Below are positions 1 to 10,120 of a DNA stretch of 64,000 nt, in pieces. The notes under the pieces are model-generated. The model ran no database searches and was not told the DNA's origin. It saw nothing but the letters and a program-made list of their open reading frames with translations. Position 1 is the first letter of the stretch. Each line of letters starts with the position of its first letter. The stretch is from Sedimenticolaceae bacterium (GTDB lineage: Bacteria > Pseudomonadota > Gammaproteobacteria > Chromatiales > Chromatiaceae), in the NCBI GenBank assembly GCA_050305975.1, contig JBNLGI010000188.1, positions 186-64,185 on the forward strand, read 5' to 3'. The position numbers were made by a program, and so were the translations under genes.

Positions 1-288
1 CCCGGGTGGCGCGTACCGCCGGTCCCTTGCGCGAATTGAGAATGCGAAACTGGATGCCCCCCCGGTCGGCGCCCTGTGCCATGATACCGCCAAGGGCGTC
101 GATCTCCTTCACCAGATGGCCTTGCCGATGCCGCCGATGGCCGGATTGCAGCTCATCTGCCCCAGGGTTTCGATGTTGTGGCTCAGCAGCAGCGTGCGCG
201 CGCCCATGCGCGCCGCCGCCAGGGCGGCTTCGGTGCCGGCATGGCCGCCACCTACCACGATGACATCAAAGTCGACTTCAAAAAACAT
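1..288 (-). CDS. mnmG: 5' part of tRNA U34 modification enzyme MnmG (GidA); runs off the left edge; apparent 1-bp frameshift at about 120
   Basis: [29 protein letters not shown]...[12 protein letters not shown], then after a frame change [39 protein letters not shown], the canonical GidA N-terminus. Confidence 0.95.
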
Positions 289-371
289 AATGGACGTCTG
301 GTGTAAGGGTCTCAAACAGCGGCTAGTTTAGCCGATATGAGGTGCCGGGGTCAGGCTGGAGAACGCTCAGT

Positions 372-1289
372 ATGCACACAGAATTGATGCGAATCATCGA
401 TACCGCCGGGGAGATTCTGCTCGGCAAGAACCGGGTCATCAAACTCTCGATCGCCTGCCTGCTGGCCCGTGGCCATCTGCTGATCGAGGATCTGCCCGGT
501 GTCGGCAAGACCACCCTGGCCCACACCCTGGCCCATCTGCTGGGCCTGCACTATCAGCGTATCCAGTTCACCAGCGACCTGCTCCCCTCCGACATCATCG
601 GCGTCTCCATCTTCCAGCAGGAGGAGCAGCGCTTCCAGTTTCACCCCGGCCCGCTCTTCGCCCAGCTGGTGCTGGCCGATGAGATCAACCGCGCCACCCC
701 CAAGGCGCAGAGCGCCCTGCTCGAGGCCATGGAGGAGCGCCAGGTGACCGCCGACGGCGTCACCCACGGCCTGCCGCAGCCGTTTTTCGTCATCGCCACC
801 CAGAATCCCCTGCATCAGATAGGCACCTTTCCGCTGCCCGAGTCTCAGCTCGACCGCTTTCTCATGCGCATCCATATCGGCTATCCGGAACGCGGCGCCG
901 AACGCAGTTTGCTCGCCGGCGAGGATCGGCGGACCATGCTCCAGCGCCTGCCGGCGGCGTTGACGCCGGAGCAGCTGAACCGGCTCCAGCAGCAGGTGAA
1001 CACCATCCACGTGGCCGACGCCTTGCTCGACTACTGTCAGGACATTCTCGAGCATACCCGCCACTCTCCCGACTACCAGCACGGCCTCTCGCCCCGGGCG
1101 GGACTCGCCATCCTGCAGAGCGCCAAGGCCTGGGCCCTGATCGAGGGACGCCCCCAGGTGCTGCCGGAAGACCTGCAGGCCATCCTTCCCTCCACCGTCG
1201 GCCATCGCCTGCAGCCGGCCGGCGAGATCGTCGGAGAGGGCGGAGGCGGCCTGGTCGAGCGCCTGCTCGAGGCGGTCCCGATCCCCTGA
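372..1289 (+). CDS. MoxR-family AAA+ ATPase
   Basis: GHLLIEDLPGVGKT Walker A, RIQFTSDLLPSD, LADEINRA Walker B, ATQNP, PLPESQLDRF; GGAG upstream of ATG 372. Confidence 0.93.
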   Translation: MHTELMRIIDTAGEILLGKNRVIKLSIACLLARGHLLIEDLPGVGKTTLAHTLAHLLGLHYQRIQFTSDLLPSDIIGVSIFQQEEQRFQFHPGPLFAQLVLADEINRATPKAQSALLEAMEERQVTADGVTHGLPQPFFVIATQNPLHQIGTFPLPESQLDRFLMRIHIGYPERGAERSLLAGEDRRTMLQRLPAALTPEQLNRLQQQVNTIHVADALLDYCQDILEHTRHSPDYQHGLSPRAGLAILQSAKAWALIEGRPQVLPEDLQAILPSTVGHRLQPAGEIVGEGGGGLVERLLEAVPIP

Positions 1290-1291
1290 CC

Positions 1292-2251
1292 ATGGCGGCC
1301 CTCACCCTCCCCGCACGTCTGCTGCGCTTTCGTCGTCGCGCCTTCAGCGACGGTCATGGTGGCGTGGCGATCCGACCACGCAGTATCTATATCATTCCGA
1401 CCCGTCAGGGCCTGCTGCTGGTCCTGGTGTTGATGCTGATGCTGGCCGGGTCGATCAACTATGGCAGCAATCTGGGCCATCTGGTCACCTTTCTGCTGGC
1501 CGGCGTCTGGCTTTCCGCCATCCTGCACACCTGGCGCAATTTGTTGGGCGTCAGCCTGCGCGCCGCCCAGGTGGCGCCGGTTTTCGCTGGTCAGGATGCC
1601 GTGTTTCAGATCCGCATCAGCAATCCCTCCCGCCTCGATCGTTTCGGTCTCACCCTGAGGCGAGAGCAGATCCGGGGCCAATCGACCGATCTGCCGGCTT
1701 CCGAAACACGGCTGTTACAGCTACCGCTACCCACGCAACGCCGCGGTCTGCTCAGACTGCCGGAGGTCACCCTGCAGACGGTCTACCCGCTGGGCCTGTT
1801 CCGCGCCTGGAGCTATGCCGAGCTCGACCTCAGCTGTCTGGTCTATCCGCAACCAGCTGTGACCGGCTCGCCACCGGTCGAGGCCAGTTATACGGCCAGT
1901 GACGACGGTGACCGTGGCGTCGGCGCAGACGACTTCGTCGGACTGCGTGGTTACCGCCTGGGAGACTCGCCCCGCCACATCGACTGGAAGGCCTTGGCCC
2001 GTCACCGCGGCCTGCTCAGCAAGCAGTTCGGCGGTGACCGCACCGAACGCATCGAACTCGATTGGGATCTGCTGCCGCCGGTGGATACAGAGCAGCGACT
2101 GAGTCTGATGTGCCGTTTCATCCTGCAGGCCGAAGGGGAGTCGCACTCCTACAGTCTGCGTCTACCGGGTGTCGTCATCGAACCTGGGCAGGGCGAGCAG
2201 CACAAGCATCGCTGTCTGGCTGCCCTTGCACTATACGGGGGAGCGGGGTGA
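1292..2251 (+). CDS. DUF58 domain membrane protein
   Basis: Two N-terminal TM segments, YPLGLFRAW and DFVGLRGYRLGDSPRHIDWKA motifs; typical position after moxR. Confidence 0.88.
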   Translation: MAALTLPARLLRFRRRAFSDGHGGVAIRPRSIYIIPTRQGLLLVLVLMLMLAGSINYGSNLGHLVTFLLAGVWLSAILHTWRNLLGVSLRAAQVAPVFAGQDAVFQIRISNPSRLDRFGLTLRREQIRGQSTDLPASETRLLQLPLPTQRRGLLRLPEVTLQTVYPLGLFRAWSYAELDLSCLVYPQPAVTGSPPVEASYTASDDGDRGVGADDFVGLRGYRLGDSPRHIDWKALARHRGLLSKQFGGDRTERIELDWDLLPPVDTEQRLSLMCRFILQAEGESHSYSLRLPGVVIEPGQGEQHKHRCLAALALYGGAG

Positions 2252-4239
2252 GAGCGACCACCGACCAGTCCCTCACTCCCGGTCTGCAGCTACAGCTCTA
2301 TCTGCTCACCGGCCTGGTACTGCTGCCGCATGTGACTCATCTGCCACTCGTGGTCGGCCTGTTTCTGTTTGCCGCCCTCGGCTGGCGTCTGGCCAGCCTG
2401 CGCCTGCCCAAGCTTCAGCCCGGCCGCTGGCTGCTGGCGCTGGTGACCTTCATCACCGTAGTGCTGATCTACAGCCAACATCAGACCCTGCTCGGTCGGG
2501 ATGCCGGCGTCTCCCTGCTTACTGCAATGCTGGTCTTGAAAACCCTCGAGGTGAGAAAGCGGCGGGATCTCACGGTCACCGTCTATATCGCCTATTTCGT
2601 CATCGTCACCCAGTTTCTTTTCAACCAGTCATTTGTCCTGCTTCTCTATCTGCTCACGATACTTGTCGGCCACACCGCGCTGCTGTTGGCGATTCACCGT
2701 GTCACTCCGGCCAGACAGGTTCTCGAACCCTATCGCAGAACCTTCTGGATCTGTCTGCAGTCACTGCCCATCGCGCTGATTCTGTTTGTGCTGTTTCCAC
2801 GATTGACCCAACCCCTGTGGCATGTCGGTCTCGACTCCAGTGCCCGCACCGGTCTCAGTGAGCGGGTCAGCCCGGGTACCATCAGCCGCTTGATCCAATC
2901 CTCGGAGGTAGCCTTCCGCGTCAGCTTCAAAGATCAGGTCCCCCCACGGGAGAATCGATACTGGCGCGCGCTGGTGATGTGGGACACAGACGGCTACAGC
3001 TGGTTCACGCGCCGGGAACAGCCTCTGGAGCTTGGCGATCAGGGACTGGTATCCGGCGACATTCCGATTGCCTATCGGGTCTTCCTCGAGCCCCATCATC
3101 AACGTTGGCTCTATGCTCTGGATATGCCCGCCAATCGTACCGGCAGCGCCACATTGACCGAGGACTTTCTGCTTCGCGCCACCGGGCCCGTCACCCAGGC
3201 AATTCAGTACGAAGCACTCTCCTATATCGACTACCATATTCAATCCTCTCCTCCATCACAGTTGCAGCGAGCACTGCAGCTGGGCGAGAACGTAACGCCA
3301 CAGCAGCGCAAACTGGTCGCGTCATGGCGCAGGGGGGGAGCGGATGCTCAGACCATAGTGCAACGCGCACTCGACTACTTTCGCGAGCAACCCTTTGTAT
3401 ACACCCTCAATCCACCCACCTATCTCGACAATCCAGTGGAGCAGTTCCTGTTCGAATCCCGGGAGGGATTCTGCGAACACTATGCCTCAGCCTTTACCCA
3501 GTTGATGCGTCTGGCCGGTGTCCCGGCCCGCATGGTGATCGGTTACCAGGGAGGCGAATACAATCGCCTCGGTAATTACTACACCATGAGAAACTATGAC
3601 GCTCATGCCTGGAGCGAGGTCTGGCTGGAACAGCGGGGTTGGGTGCGCGTCGATCCCACGGCGGCGGTGGCTCCCGAGCGTGTACGCAGCGCGATTCAAC
3701 CCGGCCTGGGATCGATCGGTGAACCCGTCCGTTTCGTGCGCAGTGGGGAGGACTGGGTCGGTTCGGCACTCGACAACGTCGCCATGTTGCTCGATGCCGC
3801 GGAGATCAATTGGCGGATGTGGGTGCTCGGGTACAGTCGTGACCAGCAATTCAGCCTGATGCGGGAGTTCGGTCTCGACTTCCTGTTCGGAGGAGGCTGG
3901 ACCGCCATCACTCTCGGACTGGTTTTCGGTGTATTGGGGTTGATCGGACTGCGTCTGCTGAAACAGGGAGAGACGAAAGCCGCACCGGTGCTGCGTCGTT
4001 ATCAGCTTTTCTGTCAACGCATGGCCGCTATCGGACTGTCGCGCACACCGCATGAGGGACCTCTCGACTACTCGAGACGCGTCTGCAAACTGCGTCCCGA
4101 TCTGGCGCCGCAGATACGCGAGATCACCCGTCTCTACATCGGTCTGCGCTATGGCGCGCGGCAGAGCGCTTCGCAGTGGCGGGTCTTTTCAGAAAGGGTC
4201 AAGCGGTTTCGACCCCGCCGACTCAGTCGTGCAGGATAG
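2248..4239 (+). CDS. Transglutaminase-like membrane protein (TgpA-like, DUF3488 + TGase domain)
   Basis: Multi-TM N-terminus, GFCEHYASAF catalytic Cys, DAHAWSEVW, GWVRVDPT; GTG start overlaps the DUF58 stop (GTGA). Confidence 0.9.
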   Translation: MRATTDQSLTPGLQLQLYLLTGLVLLPHVTHLPLVVGLFLFAALGWRLASLRLPKLQPGRWLLALVTFITVVLIYSQHQTLLGRDAGVSLLTAMLVLKTLEVRKRRDLTVTVYIAYFVIVTQFLFNQSFVLLLYLLTILVGHTALLLAIHRVTPARQVLEPYRRTFWICLQSLPIALILFVLFPRLTQPLWHVGLDSSARTGLSERVSPGTISRLIQSSEVAFRVSFKDQVPPRENRYWRALVMWDTDGYSWFTRREQPLELGDQGLVSGDIPIAYRVFLEPHHQRWLYALDMPANRTGSATLTEDFLLRATGPVTQAIQYEALSYIDYHIQSSPPSQLQRALQLGENVTPQQRKLVASWRRGGADAQTIVQRALDYFREQPFVYTLNPPTYLDNPVEQFLFESREGFCEHYASAFTQLMRLAGVPARMVIGYQGGEYNRLGNYYTMRNYDAHAWSEVWLEQRGWVRVDPTAAVAPERVRSAIQPGLGSIGEPVRFVRSGEDWVGSALDNVAMLLDAAEINWRMWVLGYSRDQQFSLMREFGLDFLFGGGWTAITLGLVFGVLGLIGLRLLKQGETKAAPVLRRYQLFCQRMAAIGLSRTPHEGPLDYSRRVCKLRPDLAPQIREITRLYIGLRYGARQSASQWRVFSERVKRFRPRRLSRAG

Positions 4240-4459
4240 CGTAGAGTCTGTCCTTCAACAGCAGACGACGCTTTTTCAGCTCTTCCATATGAAAATCGGC
4301 GATCGGCGTGTTCACCTCTTCCAGACTGCGAATGTGCGCATCGAGCCAGTCGTATTCGTCCATCAGGTTATGGAAAACCTGGTTGCTCTCGCGCAACTCG
4401 GCAATCCTTTCGGCATACTCCGGAAATTCGTGCAGCAGATCGTGAGATTCACCCAGCAT
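4223..4459 (-). CDS. YdcH/DUF465 family small protein
   Basis: MLGESHDLLHEFPEY...LKKRRLLLKDRLY; AAGGAGG RBS. Confidence 0.85.
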   Translation of the reverse strand: MLGESHDLLHEFPEYAERIAELRESNQVFHNLMDEYDWLDAHIRSLEEVNTPIADFHMEELKKRRLLLKDRLYAILHD

Positions 4460-4546
4460 GTCGGCCTCCTTCGTTCTGTTTTGCCTATTCCAACACATAA
4501 CGGCCTGACTTCGCCACGGCTGCAATGTGCCGGATCAAGGTTTTGT

Positions 4547-5893
4547 CTATTTGCCAATACAGAAGGTGGCGAAGATGCGCCCCAGCAGATCGTCCGCGCT
4601 GAATTCGCCGGTGATCTCCGACAGGGCCTGCTGAGCCAGCCGCAGGTCCTCCGCCAACAGCTCCCCGGCCCGCTGCAGTTCCAACGCTGCATGACCCTGA
4701 TCCATATACTCCAGAGATCGCTGCAGTGCGTCCAGGTGTCGGCGTCGGGCGATGAACTCCCCCTCACCCGGGGCATGATAGCCGACGCACTCTTTCAGAT
4801 GCTCGATCAGCAGTTGCAGGCCTAGACCCTCACGAGCAGCGATCGATACCTCCACACCCGCTTCGGTTTCCAGCAATTCCGGCGCTCGACCGCTCAGATC
4901 GATCTTGTTACGGACCAGTGTCAGGGGAACCTTCGGCGGGAGACTACTTCTGTCGAGCGTCAGGTGGGACGGATCGGACTGGTCATCGAATACCCAGAGG
5001 ATGCGGTCGGCCTGCTCGATCTGCGCCCGGGCGCGGCGGATACCCTCCATCTCCACCGGATCGTCACTCTCTCTCAGCCCCGCGGTATCGACGATATGCA
5101 ATGGCAAACCGTCGATGGTGATGCGCTCACGCAGGATATCGCGGGTGGTGCCGGGCACCTCGGTCACGATCGCCGACTCGTAGCCGGCCAGTGCGTTGAG
5201 CAGGCTCGATTTTCCCGCATTGGGCCGTCCGGCGATGACCAGGGTCATACCGTCCCTGAGCAGCCTCCCGGTATGCGCGCTCTGAAGCAGATGTCGGGTC
5301 TGGTCGATGATGGCGAGTAAGTCAGCACTCACTTTGCCATCGCTGAGAAAATCGATCTCCTCTTCCGGAAAGTCGATTGCCGACTCCACATAGAGGCGCA
5401 ACTGGATCAACCGCTCCACCAGCTGATCGACGGCTCTCGAGAACTGTCCCTGCAAGGTGCGGCTAGCCAGGCGGGCGGCGGCGGCAGACTCGGCGTCGAT
5501 CAGATCGGCCACTGCCTCAGCCTGTACCAGGTCGATTTTGTTGTTCAGGAAAGCGCGTTGACTGAACTCACCGGGCTGTGCCAGGCGCGCACCCAGTTGC
5601 AGGCAGCGCTGCAACAGCAGGTCCATGACAATCGGTCCGCCGTGACCCTGCAGCTCCAGCACATTCTCGCCGGTGAAAGAGTGGGGGGCAGGAAAAAACA
5701 GCGCGATACCTTCATCGATGACTTCTCCGGTCTTATCTCTGAAGGCGCAGTATCGGGCCATGCGCGGGGACGGCAGGGCACCGATGACGGCCTCTGCGAT
5801 AGCGTCAATCTTGGGACCGCTGACGCGTACGATACCGACACCGCCACGACCGGGCGGTGTCGCGATGGCGGCGATGGTGTCAGCTGACGGCAT
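4547..5893 (-). CDS. mnmE: tRNA modification GTPase MnmE (TrmE)
   Basis: [45 protein letters not shown]-terminal FCIGK. Confidence 0.98.
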   Translation of the reverse strand: MPSADTIAAIATPPGRGGVGIVRVSGPKIDAIAEAVIGALPSPRMARYCAFRDKTGEVIDEGIALFFPAPHSFTGENVLELQGHGGPIVMDLLLQRCLQLGARLAQPGEFSQRAFLNNKIDLVQAEAVADLIDAESAAAARLASRTLQGQFSRAVDQLVERLIQLRLYVESAIDFPEEEIDFLSDGKVSADLLAIIDQTRHLLQSAHTGRLLRDGMTLVIAGRPNAGKSSLLNALAGYESAIVTEVPGTTRDILRERITIDGLPLHIVDTAGLRESDDPVEMEGIRRARAQIEQADRILWVFDDQSDPSHLTLDRSSLPPKVPLTLVRNKIDLSGRAPELLETEAGVEVSIAAREGLGLQLLIEHLKECVGYHAPGEGEFIARRRHLDALQRSLEYMDQGHAALELQRAGELLAEDLRLAQQALSEITGEFSADDLLGRIFATFCIGK

Positions 5894-5911
5894 CGCGACG
5901 CCGGAAGCTCG

Positions 5912-7567
5912 TCAGCCGGCCATCCTCTCGATCTTGCGCGTGATATACCACTGCTGAACGATGGAAACGATGTTGTTGACCACCCAGTAGAGCACCAGAC
6001 CCGCCGGAAAAAAGGCGAAGAAAACGGTGAAGACGAAGGGCAACGACATCATGATCTTGGCCTGCATCGGATCGGGCGGCGCCGGATTCAACTTCTGCTG
6101 CACGAACATGGAGACACCCATGATCAGGGGCAGGATGAAATAGGGGTCCTTGTCGGAGAGGCTCTCGATCCAGAGGATCCAGGGCGCCTGGCGCATCTCG
6201 ACGGTCTCCAGCAGCACCCAGTAGAGGGCGATGAAGACCGGGATCTGTACCAGGATCGGCAGGCAGCCGCCAAGCGGATTGATCTTCTCCTTCTTGTACA
6301 TCTCCATCATGGCCTGATTCAGCCGCTGCTTGTCATCGCCGTAACGGTCACGCAGGGCCTGCAGCCGCGGCGTCATCTTGCGCATGTTGGCCATCGACTT
6401 GTAGCTGGTCTCGGAGAGCTTGTAGAAGGCCGCCTTGATCATCAAGGTCAGAATGATGATCGACCAGCCCCAGTTACCGACGAAATCGTGGATGGTCTCG
6501 AGCAGCCAGAAGATCGGCTTGGCGATCACCGTCAGCCAGCCGTAGTCGACGGTCAGCTCGAGCCCTTCGGCGATGGTCTCCAGTTTGTCCTGCAGTTTGG
6601 GACCGATGTAGAGCTGCCTGGAGAGCGACTTCTGTTCGCCGGGGGCTACGGTGATGGTGGGAGAGTAGCTGCCGAGGAGGTATTTCCCACCGGCCAAGGC
6701 ATTGGTGTAGTAGTGCTCCACCTGTTCCTTCGGCGGAATCCAGGCACTGAGGAAATAGTGCTGGATCATCGCCAGCCAACCCCGATCCGTATCGATGTTG
6801 AGGCTCTTCTTGGCCATCTCCTCGAAATCGATCTTGTCGTACTTGTCGGTGGGGTTGTAGATCACACCGCCGGTGTAGGTGTAGGTGGTAAAGCCGGACG
6901 ACTTGCTCGCCGGTTCGGTGCGCTGCAATTGTCCGTAGTCTCGAGCCGCCCAATTGGCGCTGGACTGGTTGTCTATCTCATGACGTACATCGAGCAGATA
7001 GCTGCCGCGGCGCAACCGGATATGTTTGGTGACGGTTACACCGTCATCGCTCTTCCACACCAGGGGGATGTCGATCGTATCCGCCCCGTCGGCTAGGGTG
7101 TAGTGGGTCTTTTCAGCCGTGAACCGGGCTTCATGGGAAGGTGCCTTGCTCTTATCGCTGCCGATCAGGCCGGACTGGGCGATATAGATGTTCGGAGCAT
7201 CGGGAGTGAGCAGTTCGACCTTCCTGCCCGGTTGATCAAGCGAGACGGGGTAGTCCAGCAGAAAAGCGCTGAGTACGGTACCGCCCTGAGTGGAGATCTC
7301 CAGTCTGAGCAGATCGGTCTCCACGGTAACGCGATCCGCCTTCGCGGTTACGCTCTGTGTCACGCCCTGCGGGATTTCGCTAGAGACAGCGGGCACTTCA
7401 GCATTGACATCGGCATTCGGCACCCCGGCCGCCAGGTTTTCGGGGGGGGTCTGAGACACCTCGCTGGTGCTCTTGGCCGGCGCGACGTAATCCTGTTGCC
7501 AGGCTTGGTAGATCATCAGCCCCAGAAAGGCCAGAGTGAAGAAGAGAATCAGTCGTAGGTTATCCAT
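5912..7567 (-). CDS. yidC: Membrane protein insertase YidC
   Basis: MDNLRLIL start, LELTVDYGWL, GNWGWSII, KINPLGGCLPILVQIPVF, PAGLVLYWVVNN. Confidence 0.97.
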   Translation of the reverse strand: MDNLRLILFFTLAFLGLMIYQAWQQDYVAPAKSTSEVSQTPPENLAAGVPNADVNAEVPAVSSEIPQGVTQSVTAKADRVTVETDLLRLEISTQGGTVLSAFLLDYPVSLDQPGRKVELLTPDAPNIYIAQSGLIGSDKSKAPSHEARFTAEKTHYTLADGADTIDIPLVWKSDDGVTVTKHIRLRRGSYLLDVRHEIDNQSSANWAARDYGQLQRTEPASKSSGFTTYTYTGGVIYNPTDKYDKIDFEEMAKKSLNIDTDRGWLAMIQHYFLSAWIPPKEQVEHYYTNALAGGKYLLGSYSPTITVAPGEQKSLSRQLYIGPKLQDKLETIAEGLELTVDYGWLTVIAKPIFWLLETIHDFVGNWGWSIIILTLMIKAAFYKLSETSYKSMANMRKMTPRLQALRDRYGDDKQRLNQAMMEMYKKEKINPLGGCLPILVQIPVFIALYWVLLETVEMRQAPWILWIESLSDKDPYFILPLIMGVSMFVQQKLNPAPPDPMQAKIMMSLPFVFTVFFAFFPAGLVLYWVVNNIVSIVQQWYITRKIERMAG

Positions 7568-7796
7568 GTAACTGCTTTTTCGTAGGTTCGGGTACAGGAT
7601 CCACACCGCCCTCGTGCCAGGGATGGCAATGCGAGAGACGACGCATCGAGAGCCAAAGCCCCCGTAGAGCTCCGTGCTTCTCGACCGCTTCGACGGCGTA
7701 GGCGGAGCAACTCGGATAGAAACGGCAATGCTGGCCAACGAAGGGGCTCAGTATTGTCTGATAGGCCTTGATCAGAAAGATCACTAGAGTACGCAT
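7560..7796 (-). CDS. yidD: Membrane protein insertion efficiency factor YidD
   Basis: CRFYPSCSAYA...CHPWHEGGVDPVP; lies between rnpA and yidC. Confidence 0.95.
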   Translation of the reverse strand: MRTLVIFLIKAYQTILSPFVGQHCRFYPSCSAYAVEAVEKHGALRGLWLSMRRLSHCHPWHEGGVDPVPEPTKKQLHG

Positions 7797-8149
7797 CGTT
7801 CAGCCACTCTCAGCCAATGTTGATGCAACGACTCAAAGCAGCCGTTGTTATCGGTCCGGCCGATACCGCGCCGGGTGACCACCACCAGATCAAGACCCAC
7901 GAGATGCTGCTGGTGTTTTCGGAAACTCTCACGAATCACTCGCTTGATCCGATTGCGATCGACGGCACGGCGGGTGTTCTTTTTGGATACAGCCAAACCC
8001 AATCTTGCATGGCGCAAACCATTGTGCCTTGCGAGCACCAGGAAAATGTCATCGACGGACCTTGCACCATCGCTAAAAACCCGACGGTACTCGTCGGGTT
8101 TCACTAACCTTAGTTCCCGGGGAAATCTGGCCCCCGTCTCGTTGGGCAA
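7784..8149 (-). CDS. rnpA: RNase P protein component
   Basis: FPRELRL, ARLGLAVSKK, AVDRNRIKRVIRESFR (RNR motif). Confidence 0.96.
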   Translation of the reverse strand: MPNETGARFPRELRLVKPDEYRRVFSDGARSVDDIFLVLARHNGLRHARLGLAVSKKNTRRAVDRNRIKRVIRESFRKHQQHLVGLDLVVVTRRGIGRTDNNGCFESLHQHWLRVAERCVL

Positions 8150-8158
8150 GCCCGTCGA

Positions 8159-8293
8159 TCAGAGCGCCAGCCGTGCACGGCCCTTGGCGCGTCGCGCCTT
8201 GAGTACTTTACGACCGTTACGGGTGGCCATACGGGCACGAAAACCGTGAGTACGCGCTCTTTTCAGATTGCTGGGTTGAAACGTTCTTTTCAT
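8159..8293 (-). CDS. rpmH: 50S ribosomal protein L34 (not in the ORF track)
   Basis: Manual translation [44 protein letters not shown] (44 aa). Confidence 0.98.
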   Translation of the reverse strand: MKRTFQPSNLKRARTHGFRARMATRNGRKVLKARRAKGRARLAL

Positions 8294-8431
8294 AACTGTC
8301 TACCGGTAGATCTAATTCGGCAAATCCGTTGGGATTCACGTCGAAAAAAAGAGGCGTAGAGTAGTCGCTATGGCCATCGCCTGTCAATAGAGTACTGCCT
8401 ATCAAAACCCCTCGCCCAATCGCTCGGAAAC

Positions 8432-8440
8432 TGTGGATAA
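8432..8440. promoter_or_regulatory. DnaA box in the rpmH-dnaA promoter region (autoregulation)
   Basis: Perfect TGTGGATAA (reverse complement TTATCCACA). Confidence 0.85.
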
Positions 8441-8562
8441 CCTGTCTCCGCGGGAGTAGACTTGTCGGTCCCACACCCTATCGGGTGCCTCCAGTCTTCG
8501 CTGTCGCATCTGACAGCAGAACGATCGAACACCAGACATACAGGTCAGCTAGGAGAGAAGTT

Positions 8563-9894
8563 TTGGATCTTTGGCAACGCTGTGCGGAACAACTGGAACA
8601 GGAACTGCCGGCCCAGCAGTTCAACACCTGGATACGTCCGCTGCAGGTTGTCGAAGAACCTCAGGAGCTCAAACTGCTGGCGCCAAACCGTTTCGTTCTG
8701 GATTGGGTGAAAAACCACTATCTGGAGACTATCCAGAACCTACTGCTCAATCTCTGTCCCGAGCGCTCTCCGCAGGTCAGGGTGGAAATCGGCAGCCGTA
8801 AAAAACCACAACCGATGCATAAACCGGAAGCCACTCCCAGCCTCTTTGCAGGGGCGGAACGCCAGGCGCCGATTGAGAGTAACCTGAATCCCAGTTTTGT
8901 CTTCGATACCTTCGTCGAGGGCAAATCGAACCAACTGGCTCGTGCCGCTTCGATGCAGATCGGCGCGAATCCCGGCAAGGCCTACAACCCGCTCTTCATC
9001 TATGGCGGCGTCGGTCTCGGCAAGACCCATCTCATGCATGCGGTCGGCAACATGATGCTGAAGAAGAATCCCCAGGCACGTGTGGTCTATCTTCACTCGG
9101 AGCGTTTCGTAGCCGAGATGGTCAAGGCACTGCAGCACAATACCATCGAGCAGTTCAAGAAGAAGTACCGATCGGTCAACGCACTGCTGATCGACGATAT
9201 CCAATTCTTCGCCGGCAAGGAACGCTCGCAGGAGGAGTTCTTCCATACCTTCAACGCGCTGTTCGAATCGCAACAGCAGATCATCCTCTCCAGCGATCGC
9301 TTCCCAAAAGAGGTGTCGGGTCTTGAGGAGCGACTTAAATCACGATTCGGCTGGGGTCTGACCGTGGCTATAGAACCACCGGACCTGGAAACACGAGTCG
9401 CCATCCTGCAGAGCAAGGCGTTACAACTGAATGCGGAGCTGCCCAGCGAAGTCGCCTTTTTCATGGGCAAGCGCATTCGTTCAAATATTCGTGAATTGGA
9501 GGGAGCCTTACGCCGGGTCATCGCCAACGCCACCTTCACCGGGAAGGAGATCAATCTCGATTTCGCAAAGAACGCGCTGCGCGACATGATCGCCGCCCAC
9601 GACAAGCAGGTCACGATCGAGAATATACAGAAAACGGTCGCCGAGTATTTTCAAATTCGCACATCCGACCTGATCTCCGCCAAACGCAGCCGCTCCATCG
9701 CACGACCGCGTCAGATCGCCATGACTCTGGCCAAGGAACTGACGAACCACAGTCTACCTGAAATTGGCAATGCCTTCGGCGGACGCGACCATACCACGGT
9801 TATCCATGCGACAAGAAAGGTGAAGGAACTGCGCGACAGCGACGCTCGCATCGCCGAGGATTATTCGAACCTGTTGAGAACACTCAGCAGTTGA
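8563..9894 (+). CDS. dnaA: Replication initiator DnaA (probable TTG start)
   Basis: [41 protein letters not shown]; AGGAGA 6 nt before in-frame TTG at 8563. Confidence 0.98.
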   Translation: MDLWQRCAEQLEQELPAQQFNTWIRPLQVVEEPQELKLLAPNRFVLDWVKNHYLETIQNLLLNLCPERSPQVRVEIGSRKKPQPMHKPEATPSLFAGAERQAPIESNLNPSFVFDTFVEGKSNQLARAASMQIGANPGKAYNPLFIYGGVGLGKTHLMHAVGNMMLKKNPQARVVYLHSERFVAEMVKALQHNTIEQFKKKYRSVNALLIDDIQFFAGKERSQEEFFHTFNALFESQQQIILSSDRFPKEVSGLEERLKSRFGWGLTVAIEPPDLETRVAILQSKALQLNAELPSEVAFFMGKRIRSNIRELEGALRRVIANATFTGKEINLDFAKNALRDMIAAHDKQVTIENIQKTVAEYFQIRTSDLISAKRSRSIARPRQIAMTLAKELTNHSLPEIGNAFGGRDHTTVIHATRKVKELRDSDARIAEDYSNLLRTLSS

Positions 9895-10120
9895 TGTGGA
9901 TAAATTGTAGAGAAAATCAGTTAATATCCAGCTGTCGATCTGTCCACAGACGATCAACAGGATGCTGGCAACCGGACAAGCATACAACTCACAGTTTAAT
10001 ATGCTTAAAAATGCAATAAAAACAAAGAGATAAGTAAAAATCTACTGATTTAGACTGCCAGTAATAATAACAATAGGTATATTTCTTAAACAGAATTTAT
10101 AAGAAGGCCGAGTGGATAAC
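9895..10120. other. Probable chromosomal origin oriC (dnaA-dnaN intergenic)
   Basis: AT-rich; DnaA boxes TGTGGATAA (9895-9903) and AGTGGATAA (10111-10119); weaker boxes at 9906-9914 and 9940-9948; NAN trio run CAG TAA TAA TAA CAA TAG (10059-10076). Confidence 0.78.

Noticed and set aside
289-371. Possible E. coli-type oriC upstream of mnmG
   Set aside because: Only 83 bp, no DnaA boxes or AT-rich 13-mers; origin features lie between dnaA and dnaN.
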